DNA of 64,000 nt from IMG/VR virus record IMGVR_UViG_3300027708_000016, one strand, 5' to 3'. A program made the position numbers and the translations under genes. Shown piece by piece: positions 1-9,972 of the stretch. The notes beneath the pieces were generated by a model. The model was not told the origin of the DNA and did not search any database. It saw only the letters and a list, made by a program, of their open reading frames with translations. This DNA is from a virus (lineage: Duplodnaviria > Caudoviricetes). The number at the start of each line of letters is the position of its first letter. Position 1 is the first letter of the stretch.

Positions 1-45
1 ATTTAACCGAAAGAGAAACTTTATACATTAACGAAAAATACAATT

Positions 46-705
46 ATGACAAAACCGACATACATTAAAAGAAAAAAACGAGTAAAAAAAGAAGACACAT
101 TTGATGATTTAATTTATCATGATATTATTGATGATAGTCATGATTTAAGAGATGATCATGAAGAAGAAATGTTAATAAATGATGAAGATGACATTGATCT
201 CGTTGAAGATGCTTTAGATGAAAATATTTTGGTTGAGGTAATCAAAGATACTAATGATATTCCAAAGCGAAAAACAAAAGCAGTTACGGATAAAACAAAA
301 TATTACGTTGACCCGAAAGAATTTGATTCCGAAATAGTCAGCTATTATGATACTGGTAAAATGTCTGATAATTTAGCAAATATGATTAGTAAAATTTCTA
401 ATAAATTAAGTTATGCCCCAAACTTTATTAATTATACTTATCGAGAAGAAATGGTTGGTGATGGTGTTATCAGAATGATGAAGGCATTGATGGCAAAAAA
501 GTACAATCGTGAGAAAGGAACAAATCCCTTTTCATATTTTACTAGAATTGCCTTTAATGCATTCAGAAATAGAATCAAAAAAGAAAAGCACATGGCTGAC
601 ACTCACGAAAAATATCAAAATGAATTAATGATGATGTCTCAAAATTATAACGTTTTGATGAAAAATAATAATATCAGAATTAACAAAGAAAGAGAAAGAC
701 ATTGA
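46..705 (+). CDS. gp55: T4-like late-transcription sigma factor (gp55) with acidic N-terminal extension
   Basis: Motifs YYVDPKEF, PNFINYTYREEMVGDG, NPFSYFTRIAFNAFRNRIKKEK typical of gp55; directly upstream of gp47 as in T4-like phages. Confidence 0.9.
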   Translation: MTKPTYIKRKKRVKKEDTFDDLIYHDIIDDSHDLRDDHEEEMLINDEDDIDLVEDALDENILVEVIKDTNDIPKRKTKAVTDKTKYYVDPKEFDSEIVSYYDTGKMSDNLANMISKISNKLSYAPNFINYTYREEMVGDGVIRMMKALMAKKYNREKGTNPFSYFTRIAFNAFRNRIKKEKHMADTHEKYQNELMMMSQNYNVLMKNNNIRINKERERH

Positions 706-729
706 AATATTTTAAATTGCTGATAGAAT
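702..729 (+). promoter_or_regulatory. sigma70-like promoter for gp47
   Basis: TTGAAA(702-707)-16 nt-TAGAAT(724-729), ATG at 737. Confidence 0.5.
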
Positions 730-736
730 AGTCTTA

Positions 737-1795
737 ATGAAAATTTCTAGTAAAAAAATAGGATGTTTTTCTGATATTCACATAGGTTTAGGTCAAGATG
801 GCAAACAATGGCACGATATTGCTTTGAAATTTGCTAAATGGGCATCCGAAAAATATAAAGAACTTGGTATTGATGAAATTATAATACCAGGCGATATATT
901 TCACAATAGAAGCGAAATCAATGTAGCTACTTTAGCTACAGCAAAACAATTTTTTGATTATTTTAAAGATTTTACCGTTTATATTTCTAGCGGAAATCAC
1001 GATTGCTTTTACAAAAACAATAGCACGGTTAACTCTATATCAATTTTATCTGGATGGAACAATATTTTAATTATTGATAAAGAATGCGTTGTTCTTAAAA
1101 CACCTTATAAAGATATTGTTATGGTTCCTTGGGGCGTTGAATATGATCAAATACCAAAAACAGACGGTATAATATTTGGTCATTTTGAAATCAGTTCGTT
1201 TTATATGAATTCCTACAAGGTATGCGAACATGGAATGGAATCTAAACAACTTTTTAAAAAGTCTCCTATGATTATTTCTGGTCATTTCCACAAAAAGGAC
1301 GATAGAAAATATGATAAAGGTAGAATTGTTTATTTAGGTAGTCCATATCAACATAATTTTGGAGATACTGGTGATAGCAGAGGAATTTATGTATTAGATT
1401 TAGAGAAAACCGAACTACAATTTATAGAAAATAATATTTCACCTAAACATCTTAAACTTTCAACTAAAGCATTTGTGGAAAACCCCGAATCTATAAAAAG
1501 TGAATTGTTAAAGGAACAATTAAAAAACAATATTGTTAGTTTAATTATTGATACCGAAATTGATCAAGAAAAACTTGCACTTTTAACTTCAAAATTGCAA
1601 ATAATAGAACCATTATCAATTAGAACTGATTTTATTACAGATAATACAGGTATTGAAACGCTCGACAATACAAAGGAAATAGATTCTGGCAACTTAATTA
1701 AAGATATGGAGGATTTTGTAAACAACTTAACCATAGAAAACAAACAAGAGGTCATTGATTATCTGACCGAATCTTATAATTTATTATCTAAATGA
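737..1795 (+). CDS. gp47: Recombination endonuclease, Mre11/SbcD-like metallophosphoesterase subunit (gp47)
   Basis: Phosphoesterase motifs SDIHIG, GDIFHNR, GNHD, GHFE, SGHFH, YLGSPYQHNFGD. Confidence 0.92.
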   Translation: MKISSKKIGCFSDIHIGLGQDGKQWHDIALKFAKWASEKYKELGIDEIIIPGDIFHNRSEINVATLATAKQFFDYFKDFTVYISSGNHDCFYKNNSTVNSISILSGWNNILIIDKECVVLKTPYKDIVMVPWGVEYDQIPKTDGIIFGHFEISSFYMNSYKVCEHGMESKQLFKKSPMIISGHFHKKDDRKYDKGRIVYLGSPYQHNFGDTGDSRGIYVLDLEKTELQFIENNISPKHLKLSTKAFVENPESIKSELLKEQLKNNIVSLIIDTEIDQEKLALLTSKLQIIEPLSIRTDFITDNTGIETLDNTKEIDSGNLIKDMEDFVNNLTIENKQEVIDYLTESYNLLSK

Positions 1796-2565
1796 ACAAT
1801 TTAATAGGAATAGGCATTCTTGACCTTTATACACAAGAAGATTTACAAAATTGTTGGGATTCCATTCCTGACAAGTATAAAAATCATGATGATTTATTGA
1901 CTCGTGTTTTTGTGGTAAGCAACAATGATAATAAACCAATAACTGATGCCCAGACAAAAAAATACTCAACTGCTGTTCAAATGGCAACAATGAGAAATTA
2001 TCTTGTTTCTCAAATGAGACTAAAGGGATGCAAATATTATTTTCTTTTACACTCTAATGTGATTATTAAAGATCCAGAAATATTTGAAAAAACACTTAAA
2101 TTAGCAGATACTTTCGGTACATGGGTAATCATGGGTCCTTCCACAATAGATCAAACAATTGAAGACGATAATGGGTTAAATTTAAACCTTTCAAAGAATT
2201 TAAATTCTGAATTTATGTTTTTATTTTCAGGAATTGTAAAAAACAATGGTTATTTTGATGAAAAGTTTTTTAATGGAAAAGATATTGATGTATTGGATTA
2301 TGTTTTAAAATTAAGAAATAAAAAAGCATACCCTGCTACAAATTATCATCCAATAATATCAGAAGGTTTAGAAATTAAAAAAACGCAAATTAATAAATTG
2401 GGATTAAAGGATATTCCTGACATAGACAGAAGCGTTCAAATAAGTTATGCAAACTTTTTTAATACGCACAAGTACATCCCAACCGAAACCGATCCCCCAC
2501 ACGTATCAGAAAAAGAACTTTTAGCATCAATGGAGGAAATTCAAAAAAATTATGCAAAACGGTAA
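1792..2565 (+). CDS. Divergent GT2-like protein (possibly degenerate glycosyltransferase)
   Basis: N-terminus LIGIGIL and GYFDEKF resemble the two downstream GT2 paralogs; YYFLLHSNV where they have IFL(M/I)EDD. Confidence 0.45.
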   Translation: MNNLIGIGILDLYTQEDLQNCWDSIPDKYKNHDDLLTRVFVVSNNDNKPITDAQTKKYSTAVQMATMRNYLVSQMRLKGCKYYFLLHSNVIIKDPEIFEKTLKLADTFGTWVIMGPSTIDQTIEDDNGLNLNLSKNLNSEFMFLFSGIVKNNGYFDEKFFNGKDIDVLDYVLKLRNKKAYPATNYHPIISEGLEIKKTQINKLGLKDIPDIDRSVQISYANFFNTHKYIPTETDPPHVSEKELLASMEEIQKNYAKR

Positions 2566-3367
2566 AATAGGAGTTGGATTAATAACATGCGATAGACCTA
2601 ATTTCTTTAATAAAAGTTTTTTATCTATTAAAGATATACCAAATATAGATATAGTCGTAGTGGATGATGGCATAACACCAGTTGTTGATGAAACTTTTGA
2701 AGTTGCATCTATTAAAACAATAGGCAAAATAGGTGTTGGTAAAGCAAAAAACAAAGCTTTAAAATATCTATTAGATAATAATTGTGAACATATTTTTTTA
2801 ATGGAAGATGATATTTTTATTAAGAATGGTGAAGTTTTCCAAAAATACATCGACACTGCTCTTAACACGGGCGTTAAACATCTTAATTTTGGATTGCATG
2901 GAAACCACAATCTTGATCTTAATAAAAAACCAATCGTCAGAAAGACCATAAATTATACTGATGGTTGTAAAATAGATTTGTACCCCAATCTTCTTGGTGC
3001 ATTTAGTTATTACCATAGAGATGTTTTAGATAAATGCGGGTTAATGGACGAAGAATACTATAATGCACTTGAACATGTTGATCATACCTATCAAATTATA
3101 AAAGAAGGATACCATCCTCCGTTTAGATGGTTTGCTGATATTCATAATTCCCAAAATTACCTTGAAGATATTGTTGAAGATCACAAAGAAAGTAAAATTA
3201 GATCGGATGAGGATTTTCACAAAAAATTTATAACAGCATTAGATATTTTTATTAAGAAAAACAACTTTTCAGTAATTGGCAATTACGGACCCCAAGAAAA
3301 AAATTACACAATCCAAGAAGTAATACAAAATCTTATAACAATTCACGAAAAATATGCCAGAAAATGA
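2552..3367 (+). CDS. Glycosyltransferase family 2 (GT-A fold)
   Basis: KIGVGLITCDRP, IVVVDDG, GVGKAKNKAL, HIFLMEDD (DxD-like), GLMDEEY, EHVD. Confidence 0.85.
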   Translation: MQNGKIGVGLITCDRPNFFNKSFLSIKDIPNIDIVVVDDGITPVVDETFEVASIKTIGKIGVGKAKNKALKYLLDNNCEHIFLMEDDIFIKNGEVFQKYIDTALNTGVKHLNFGLHGNHNLDLNKKPIVRKTINYTDGCKIDLYPNLLGAFSYYHRDVLDKCGLMDEEYYNALEHVDHTYQIIKEGYHPPFRWFADIHNSQNYLEDIVEDHKESKIRSDEDFHKKFITALDIFIKKNNFSVIGNYGPQEKNYTIQEVIQNLITIHEKYARK

Positions 3368-4136
3368 AAAAATAGGTGTTGGTATAACCACTTATAATTC
3401 AGAAGGGTATTTTAAGACTCTTTATGATTCTCTTCCTCTTGATAAGATTGACGAATTGGTTGTAGTTAATGGTGGAGATCGTTATGAGGGAAAATATGAA
3501 TGTGATTGGATACAACATAATAAAAACAGGTATCCTTCAGTGTGTAGGAATGATTGTATAACATTTTTGTTAAATAAACAATGTCAACACATTTTTTTAA
3601 TTGAAGATGACATGATTATAAAAAGTCCAAATATTTTTAATGAATATATCAATGCATCAAAGATTACGGGATTAAATTATTTTTGTTTTGCCAGTATATC
3701 AGTGGATGCGGGTGCTGCGCACGAAAGAACACCAAAATTAAAAGTAAATTATGGAAATTTACTAGAAGTTTATTTTTATAATAATACCTGCAACGAATTT
3801 ACCTATCATCATAGAAGTTGTTTTGAAAAAACAGGGTTATATGATGGAAACATGAGAGAATTATTTGATGCAGATATGGTTTATCGTCAAACCTTAAAAC
3901 ATCCAAATATTTCTCCTTTTTGGTGGTTTAGTGACCTCGGTAACAGTGATGATTTAATAAAAAATAATCCAGATGCGCACAGTCGATTACAAACCGATAG
4001 ACCAGACGGCTCAAGAGAACAGACTATTGTTGGAACAATGCAGTATTTTAAAAATAAACATAGTTTAGCAGTTAATGAAATACCAATTAAAACGGAACTT
4101 GAGGTTGTTGATCATTTAAAAAAAATAAAACCATGA
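3354..4136 (+). CDS. Glycosyltransferase family 2 (GT-A fold)
   Basis: KIGVGITTYN, LVVVNGG, SVCRNDCI, HIFLIEDD, GLYDGN; paralog of the preceding ORF. Confidence 0.82.
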   Translation: MPENEKIGVGITTYNSEGYFKTLYDSLPLDKIDELVVVNGGDRYEGKYECDWIQHNKNRYPSVCRNDCITFLLNKQCQHIFLIEDDMIIKSPNIFNEYINASKITGLNYFCFASISVDAGAAHERTPKLKVNYGNLLEVYFYNNTCNEFTYHHRSCFEKTGLYDGNMRELFDADMVYRQTLKHPNISPFWWFSDLGNSDDLIKNNPDAHSRLQTDRPDGSREQTIVGTMQYFKNKHSLAVNEIPIKTELEVVDHLKKIKP

Positions 4137-4915
4137 AACTTGCTATAGGAATTAATATATTTGGATGTTATAAAAGACAAGATCATTGTATTGAAGTTTT
4201 AAACAAACTTGTATCCAAATATACAAATGACATAGAATTATATAATATAACATTTGAAAATGAAAAAAATTATTTATTGGGGTTTAAGCACTTACCATTA
4301 TTAAAACGAACCGCCAAAGATGTTGCGTTATATTCAATATCAAATAAACCAATAGCAAAAGATTTTTTTGATATTCTTTCTGAGCAAGATTGTGATTACT
4401 TTCTCTTTGTTAACAGTGACATAATGGTTACTGAAAAATTAATAAAGTTAATTTTAAAAGGCGAATATGAAACGTATTGCGTCTCTAGGCATGATGTTTA
4501 TGAAATAAACGATTTATCAGTTGATAAAATTATGCCTTTTAGAATTGAAATAGCTGGATTTGATGCATGGGCAGTTAAAAAAGATTGGTGGATTAAAAAT
4601 AGAGATTTATTTGACGATTATATTTACGCAGAAGCATTATGGGACGTTTTCTTTTCGGTTCAAATGTACAATAATAGTAATTGCATACTTTGTAATAAAG
4701 ATGTTTACTTGGCTCATGAAAAACATGAATTAAAATGGAATGAATTTTCAGCAGAGCATACACATAATGAAAAATTATGGAAAAGTACACCTTATCACGA
4801 AAGGTGGCATAAATTCATATACGATTATTTAACACAAAGACCAACATGGGGTCATTTTTTATACCCATTACCAGATGAGCTTGAAAAAGAAAAAGAATAT
4901 TTAAAAATTAAATGA
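4133..4915 (+). CDS. Putative glycosyltransferase (GT-A-like)
   Basis: DYFLFVNSDI (DxD-variant), VSRHD, AGFDAW, WD motif; glycan-island context. Confidence 0.55.
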   Translation: MKLAIGINIFGCYKRQDHCIEVLNKLVSKYTNDIELYNITFENEKNYLLGFKHLPLLKRTAKDVALYSISNKPIAKDFFDILSEQDCDYFLFVNSDIMVTEKLIKLILKGEYETYCVSRHDVYEINDLSVDKIMPFRIEIAGFDAWAVKKDWWIKNRDLFDDYIYAEALWDVFFSVQMYNNSNCILCNKDVYLAHEKHELKWNEFSAEHTHNEKLWKSTPYHERWHKFIYDYLTQRPTWGHFLYPLPDELEKEKEYLKIK

Positions 4916-5580
4916 AATATATAAATAAATTTTACGAAAAGATATACATTATTCATTGGAAACCTTTAAAAGAAAGAAAAGAATATTTGTCTAAAAAACT
5001 TGAACAGCTTAATTTTTCACATTTAGTGGAATGGGTCGATCAATATGAAACCGAAGAAAATTTACACGGTATTAAAAATGTTTTTAAACTAAATCTAAGA
5101 CTTCTTGCTGTTAATATGTCACATATCTACTGTTACGAAGAACAAATTAAGCACCAATATAAAAACATTCTAATTTTAGAAGATGATATAGATTTTGGAG
5201 AACTAGACATCTTAACTTATTTGGATCAAGTTGCATTTGAATTTCAACAATTAGATGGAGATATTGCATTTCTAAGCACTTGTTGTGGATTAAAGGTTAA
5301 AAAATTAAAACCACCAACTTTATTATATTATGATAAAAATTACGTAACCCGTTGCATGGGTGCTTATGTTGTAAATCTAAGATGCGCTGAAAAATTAATA
5401 GCAATGTGTACAAATTACCATGCAATAGACAGAGTTTTAAATTATTCTTTGCCTCTTATAAATGTAAGAGTATTATGGTCGGGTTTACCTATTAGACAAG
5501 GCAGTGAAACAGGCAAGTATAAAAGCAGCTTTCCACTAGAAATAAGAGATGCTAACGGTAATTACAAAAATATATCATGA
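4912..5580 (+). CDS. Glycosyltransferase family 25-like
   Basis: KIYIIH...ERKE, SHIYCY, ILILEDDI, GAYVVN, AIDR; typical GT25 pattern. Confidence 0.75.
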   Translation: MKYINKFYEKIYIIHWKPLKERKEYLSKKLEQLNFSHLVEWVDQYETEENLHGIKNVFKLNLRLLAVNMSHIYCYEEQIKHQYKNILILEDDIDFGELDILTYLDQVAFEFQQLDGDIAFLSTCCGLKVKKLKPPTLLYYDKNYVTRCMGAYVVNLRCAEKLIAMCTNYHAIDRVLNYSLPLINVRVLWSGLPIRQGSETGKYKSSFPLEIRDANGNYKNIS

Positions 5581-6170
5581 AACTAGAATTAATTAAAAAA
5601 TATTTTAACCCGCAAACCATATTAGATATAGGTGCACATCATGGCGAATTTAATCATCATTGTAGAGCTTATTTTCCTAATAGTTACATATTTTCAATTG
5701 AAGGTAATGAATTATGCGAAGAAATTTTAAAAAATAATAATTGTTTATATCTTATAGCACTTTTAGGTAAAGAAAAACAAAAAACCATTTTTTATAAAAC
5801 AAAACTTGATTTACATTGCACAGGTAATTCTCTTTATAAAGAGTTGACAACTCATTATAATGATATTAATTTAATAAAAGAAGAAAAAGAACTTCAAACT
5901 TTAGATGAAATTTTTTCAGCTAATGAAACTTTTGATTTGATTAAAATAGATACACAAGGTTCCGAGTTAGATATTTTAGAAGGAGGCAAAAAAATAGTTC
6001 AAAACGCAAAAGGCATTTTATTGGAAGTTTCCATAAAACCTTATAACGAAGGCGCACCGTTATATAATGATGTAATAAATTATATGAATAGCATAGGATT
6101 TGAAAATAAAGAATTTTTAGATGGTTCAATGGAATCAATTCAAGCAGATATTCTTTTTATAAAAAAATGA
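5577..6170 (+). CDS. FkbM-family SAM-dependent methyltransferase
   Basis: ILDIGAHHG, SIEGN, TLDE, DLIKIDTQGSELDILEG, LLEVS. Confidence 0.88.
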   Translation: MKLELIKKYFNPQTILDIGAHHGEFNHHCRAYFPNSYIFSIEGNELCEEILKNNNCLYLIALLGKEKQKTIFYKTKLDLHCTGNSLYKELTTHYNDINLIKEEKELQTLDEIFSANETFDLIKIDTQGSELDILEGGKKIVQNAKGILLEVSIKPYNEGAPLYNDVINYMNSIGFENKEFLDGSMESIQADILFIKK

Positions 6171-6859
6171 AACTTTATACCGTTTTTACAGAGTCACATT
6201 ATGAAATGTTCAAAGACTATTTTATTAAATCTTTTCCCTTTGACACGAATTTAGAATTAGTAATTAAATTCAAACCACAGGTTTGTGCATCATCAGAGTT
6301 CCAAAGTGAAGGGTGGAGAGATACTATGAAATATAAAGTTCAATGTTTCATTGATGCTGCATATGAAACAAAAGATGGCGAATGTTTTATGTTTTCAGAC
6401 CCAGATATACAATTTTTTAAACCATTCCATGATGATGTTGTTAAAGAACTAGGTGATTTTGATGCAGCATTCCAAAATGATTATGGTGGCGGTGTTAATA
6501 CGGGATTTTTTATAATGAGATCCACCCCAAAAACTCGTGCATTTTTAAAAACCGTTCAAGGAAATCTTGAAAAATTTCCAGAAGAACAAGTTTGTTTTAA
6601 TTATATAATCAATAACTTTGACAAATTGCCAAAAGTTGCATATAAATGGAAGATGCTACCAAGAGAATATTGGACTTATGGTGAAAAAGCAATACAGATG
6701 GGTGTTAATGGACAACCTTTTAGCACATGGAGTGGAGAAGGAGATTTTGATATTCCTGAGAACATAATAATTCATCATGCTAATTGGGCAACACCATTCA
6801 AAAACAAAATAAAAATTCTTGATGTCGTAAAGGAAAAATACAATGCTAGAAACATTTAA
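6167..6859 (+). CDS. Nucleotide-diphospho-sugar transferase (GT77-like)
   Basis: FMFSDPDIQFF (DxD), FQND, VNTGFFIMR, EQVCFN, IHHANW, K-x-K tail. Confidence 0.72.
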   Translation: MKLYTVFTESHYEMFKDYFIKSFPFDTNLELVIKFKPQVCASSEFQSEGWRDTMKYKVQCFIDAAYETKDGECFMFSDPDIQFFKPFHDDVVKELGDFDAAFQNDYGGGVNTGFFIMRSTPKTRAFLKTVQGNLEKFPEEQVCFNYIINNFDKLPKVAYKWKMLPREYWTYGEKAIQMGVNGQPFSTWSGEGDFDIPENIIIHHANWATPFKNKIKILDVVKEKYNARNI

Positions 6860-7724
6860 AAAATACTGCATCAGGGCAATATACCCACCTTACCCACCTT
6901 ATCATCAAGGTGATTATTTGGAACAATATTTTTTAAAATTTTATTTAAAAAATATAGAAGAATTTAAAAAGCTAGAAAGACAATTTATTCCAGTTTGTTG
7001 GACTGATCTTTATTTAAAAGCTTTACACATAATAAATGATTTAGCGGTTGATTTGTCAAGATTGGATAAAGGTAAAAAATACTTTACCGTATCTCAACAT
7101 GATGATGCACCAGCAGTGCAGTTATTACCACCAGATACGATTAATTTCTCCGCTGGTGGCAATCAACCCAATACCATACCAATTCCATTAATATGTAGCG
7201 CAATACCAAACCCACCAAACCAAAAAAAAGATATATTTTGTAGTTTTGTTGGTAGCGTAACATCACCATCTACAACCTTTGGCGTATTAGCACATGATAT
7301 AAGAATAAAAATGCTCAAAACATTAAAGGATAACCCCGAATATCTTTTAAAACCAAGAAACTGGTCAGAAGATATTAAAAAAGAAAGACAGGATATGTTT
7401 ATAGATATTACTGCTAGAAGTAAATTTACGCTTTGTCCAAGAGGATATGGTGCAACTAGCTATAGAATGTACGAAGCAATGCAGTTGGGTTCTGTTCCAG
7501 TTTACATATACAACGATTTTCCCTTTATACCTTACGCAGACAAGATTAACTGGAACGAAATAGCAGTTTTGATAAACCAAAATGATATGGATAATTTAGA
7601 TGCTATATTAAAATCAATTTCCGATGATCAATACAATCATATGGTTAATAAAATTAAAGAGATATATCCAAAATACTTTACACTTGAGGCAACATGTAAT
7701 AATGTTTTAGAACATTTAAAATGA
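6843..7724 (+). CDS. Exostosin-like glycosyltransferase (GT47)
   Basis: IFCSFVGS, SKFTLCPRGYG, SYRMYEAMQLGSVPVYI, PYADKINW. Confidence 0.85.
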   Translation: MLETFKKYCIRAIYPPYPPYHQGDYLEQYFLKFYLKNIEEFKKLERQFIPVCWTDLYLKALHIINDLAVDLSRLDKGKKYFTVSQHDDAPAVQLLPPDTINFSAGGNQPNTIPIPLICSAIPNPPNQKKDIFCSFVGSVTSPSTTFGVLAHDIRIKMLKTLKDNPEYLLKPRNWSEDIKKERQDMFIDITARSKFTLCPRGYGATSYRMYEAMQLGSVPVYIYNDFPFIPYADKINWNEIAVLINQNDMDNLDAILKSISDDQYNHMVNKIKEIYPKYFTLEATCNNVLEHLK

Positions 7725-8482
7725 AAAAAATATTATTTGTAATTGCAAGATATAATGATAATAGGCAGCAAATATTTGATGAAATTATCTCTCCTAGAAA
7801 CAAAGCTTATTGTGATAAGCACGGATTTAAATATATTGTAATTGGTAATTCCGCACCTTTGTTTTTATATAGGCACAATCCCACATGGTGGAAATTTTCT
7901 ATTGTAAAAGATCTTATTGATCAAGGAAAACTAGAAAATGGTGATATCCTTGCTCATATCGATGCTGATATGTATTTTGTTAATGATTCGGTTTCAATTG
8001 AAACACCAAAATCTTTTTCATATGCAATAGATTCTGGTAATACCCATTGCATGGGTTGGTACAGCATAAAAGTTAATGATTGGTCAAAAAAATTAATCAA
8101 TAATATTCTTTCACAAGAAAGATTTAATAAATTACACAATAATGTCACAATACATGACAGATTTAAAACATATTCTAGTTTTTGGAATGAATTTAGAGAG
8201 CAAGCAAGTTGGTATAGTTTAGCAGGAATTAAAAGACATTCCGATAAACCGTTTTGGGAATATCCCAACAATGGTTTTCATAGTGAAATGAATGAAGATG
8301 TAGTCTATTCAATTGATGAATTAAATGAAAATGTTCAAATATTTGATACGGGATTTAATGTAACCGAATGGCAAGGCGAAAGTGGTTGCCAGTTTAATAT
8401 TAATAAAGTTTCAGTCGATAATGTTGTAATTAGACATTTTGCTGGTGGTCAAGATTGGAATAGTGTTAAAAATTGGTTATAA
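7721..8482 (+). CDS. Putative glycosyltransferase (GT34/MNN10-like)
   Basis: NKAYCDKHGFKY, WWKFSIV, LAHIDADMYF (DxD), EQASW, IRHFAG. Confidence 0.65.
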   Translation: MKKILFVIARYNDNRQQIFDEIISPRNKAYCDKHGFKYIVIGNSAPLFLYRHNPTWWKFSIVKDLIDQGKLENGDILAHIDADMYFVNDSVSIETPKSFSYAIDSGNTHCMGWYSIKVNDWSKKLINNILSQERFNKLHNNVTIHDRFKTYSSFWNEFREQASWYSLAGIKRHSDKPFWEYPNNGFHSEMNEDVVYSIDELNENVQIFDTGFNVTEWQGESGCQFNINKVSVDNVVIRHFAGGQDWNSVKNWL

Positions 8483-9175
8483 ACCTTTAGATTTTAAAAA
8501 TGGTACAATATAATTGTTATATGTATTATTTGACATTGGGTAATATTCAAAGCAATGAAATTTAAGCATTGTTACTGATGAATTAAGATTAAATGAAAAA
8601 TTATATTTTTCAGAAATTCTTCTTGACCATTCGATATCTTCAGATTGCCCCCAAGTCAATTCCTCATTAAGAGGAATTTCTTTCATAATTTCTTTTTTAG
8701 CAACCCAATATGAACCATTTATATACATCCACTTAGAACATCTATTTTCAAAATAAGGTAATAAATGCTCATGATTAGGTAAACTGTCTTTTGGTAACTC
8801 TTTTGATGAATGCCACAACCAATCTCTATATCTTTGTCCGTTATTTAATATAACATTACTACATACTTTAAAATCATTACCAAATTTTAAATAACCTTCA
8901 TACCAATTATTATCAAAAACATGATAATCATGCATATAAACAATATTATTATATTTTGCATTTTCTGTTATTATATTTTTTTTTCTAGTAGTCCAATTTT
9001 GTTTTATAGATTCATCAAATTCAATAGTTTTAACAAAATTTTCATCTTTAAAATTAGATTTACCAACAATTATAACTTCAAAATTTGGTATTTTTAATTT
9101 TTTAACCGAATCAATAATTGTAGGAATGTATTGATTTGTATGCTCGGTTGTAGTAATTCCAAAAGTAAAATCCAT
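8477..9175 (-). CDS. GT2-like glycosyltransferase
   Basis: FTFGITT, EVIIVG, TRKKNII, IVYMHDY, WGQSEDIEWS. Confidence 0.65.
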   Translation of the reverse strand: MDFTFGITTTEHTNQYIPTIIDSVKKLKIPNFEVIIVGKSNFKDENFVKTIEFDESIKQNWTTRKKNIITENAKYNNIVYMHDYHVFDNNWYEGYLKFGNDFKVCSNVILNNGQRYRDWLWHSSKELPKDSLPNHEHLLPYFENRCSKWMYINGSYWVAKKEIMKEIPLNEELTWGQSEDIEWSRRISEKYNFSFNLNSSVTMLKFHCFEYYPMSNNTYNNYIVPFLKSKGL

Positions 9176-9183
9176 AAATTAAT

Positions 9184-9927
9184 TTATATTAGAATCCAAT
9201 TTTTTAAATCCAAAGGTCTTAAATCATGATCATCTGGTTTAGGATTTGGTAAATAGGGCCATTTATTATCGCTTATTGGAAAATATATTTTATCTGCATT
9301 TGATATATATGCTGCAAACCATGAAAAAGTTGATTTTGATATACAGATTTTTTTTGCATTTTTAAGATAAATAAAATCTGACAAAGAATCTAATGATCTT
9401 ATATTACATCCAAGACTACTAAAGTCTTTTAAATAATCGCTATAAGGCTCATCAGTAACAATAGTGCATCGATTTGGCTTTTCCATTAATATAGCTTTTA
9501 AATACAAATTTTTATCAGTTATACTTCCACCACCAGCAAATACATAATCTGTTAAACGTATATGTATTACTAATTCATCATCTAATGGTTTTTCATATTG
9601 ATTTTCGTTTTCAATTTGCAAATAATTTATTACATTCTGTCTTCCTATTTGTTTGAAACATTCATATTTATGTATCATAAAATCAATACACCAACCATTT
9701 TTTGAATTTTTAACATTTTCAAAGAATTTTTCTCTATTATTATTGTAAATTTCACTTGCTGATTTAATATTATCGTGTACTATACCATCTTTTATTTCAT
9801 AGGTGTTTAAAAACCCTTGTATTTTTTCAGGTATAAACTTCATACCAGTTAATTTATGACAATGCATAGCCGCTACGAAATAATGTAGTCTATTACCCAT
9901 TCTACCATCGGATCTTATTGTTATCAT
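9184..9927 (-). CDS. Alpha-1,2-fucosyltransferase-like (GT11)
   Basis: GRMGNRL, VIHIRLTDY (HxRxxD), DF..L..A, SKSTFSWFAAY. Confidence 0.8.
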   Translation of the reverse strand: MITIRSDGRMGNRLHYFVAAMHCHKLTGMKFIPEKIQGFLNTYEIKDGIVHDNIKSASEIYNNNREKFFENVKNSKNGWCIDFMIHKYECFKQIGRQNVINYLQIENENQYEKPLDDELVIHIRLTDYVFAGGGSITDKNLYLKAILMEKPNRCTIVTDEPYSDYLKDFSSLGCNIRSLDSLSDFIYLKNAKKICISKSTFSWFAAYISNADKIYFPISDNKWPYLPNPKPDDHDLRPLDLKNWILI

Positions 9928-9972
9928 TTTATTAAATAGTATTAAAATTTATAATGTAACATCAATTATATT

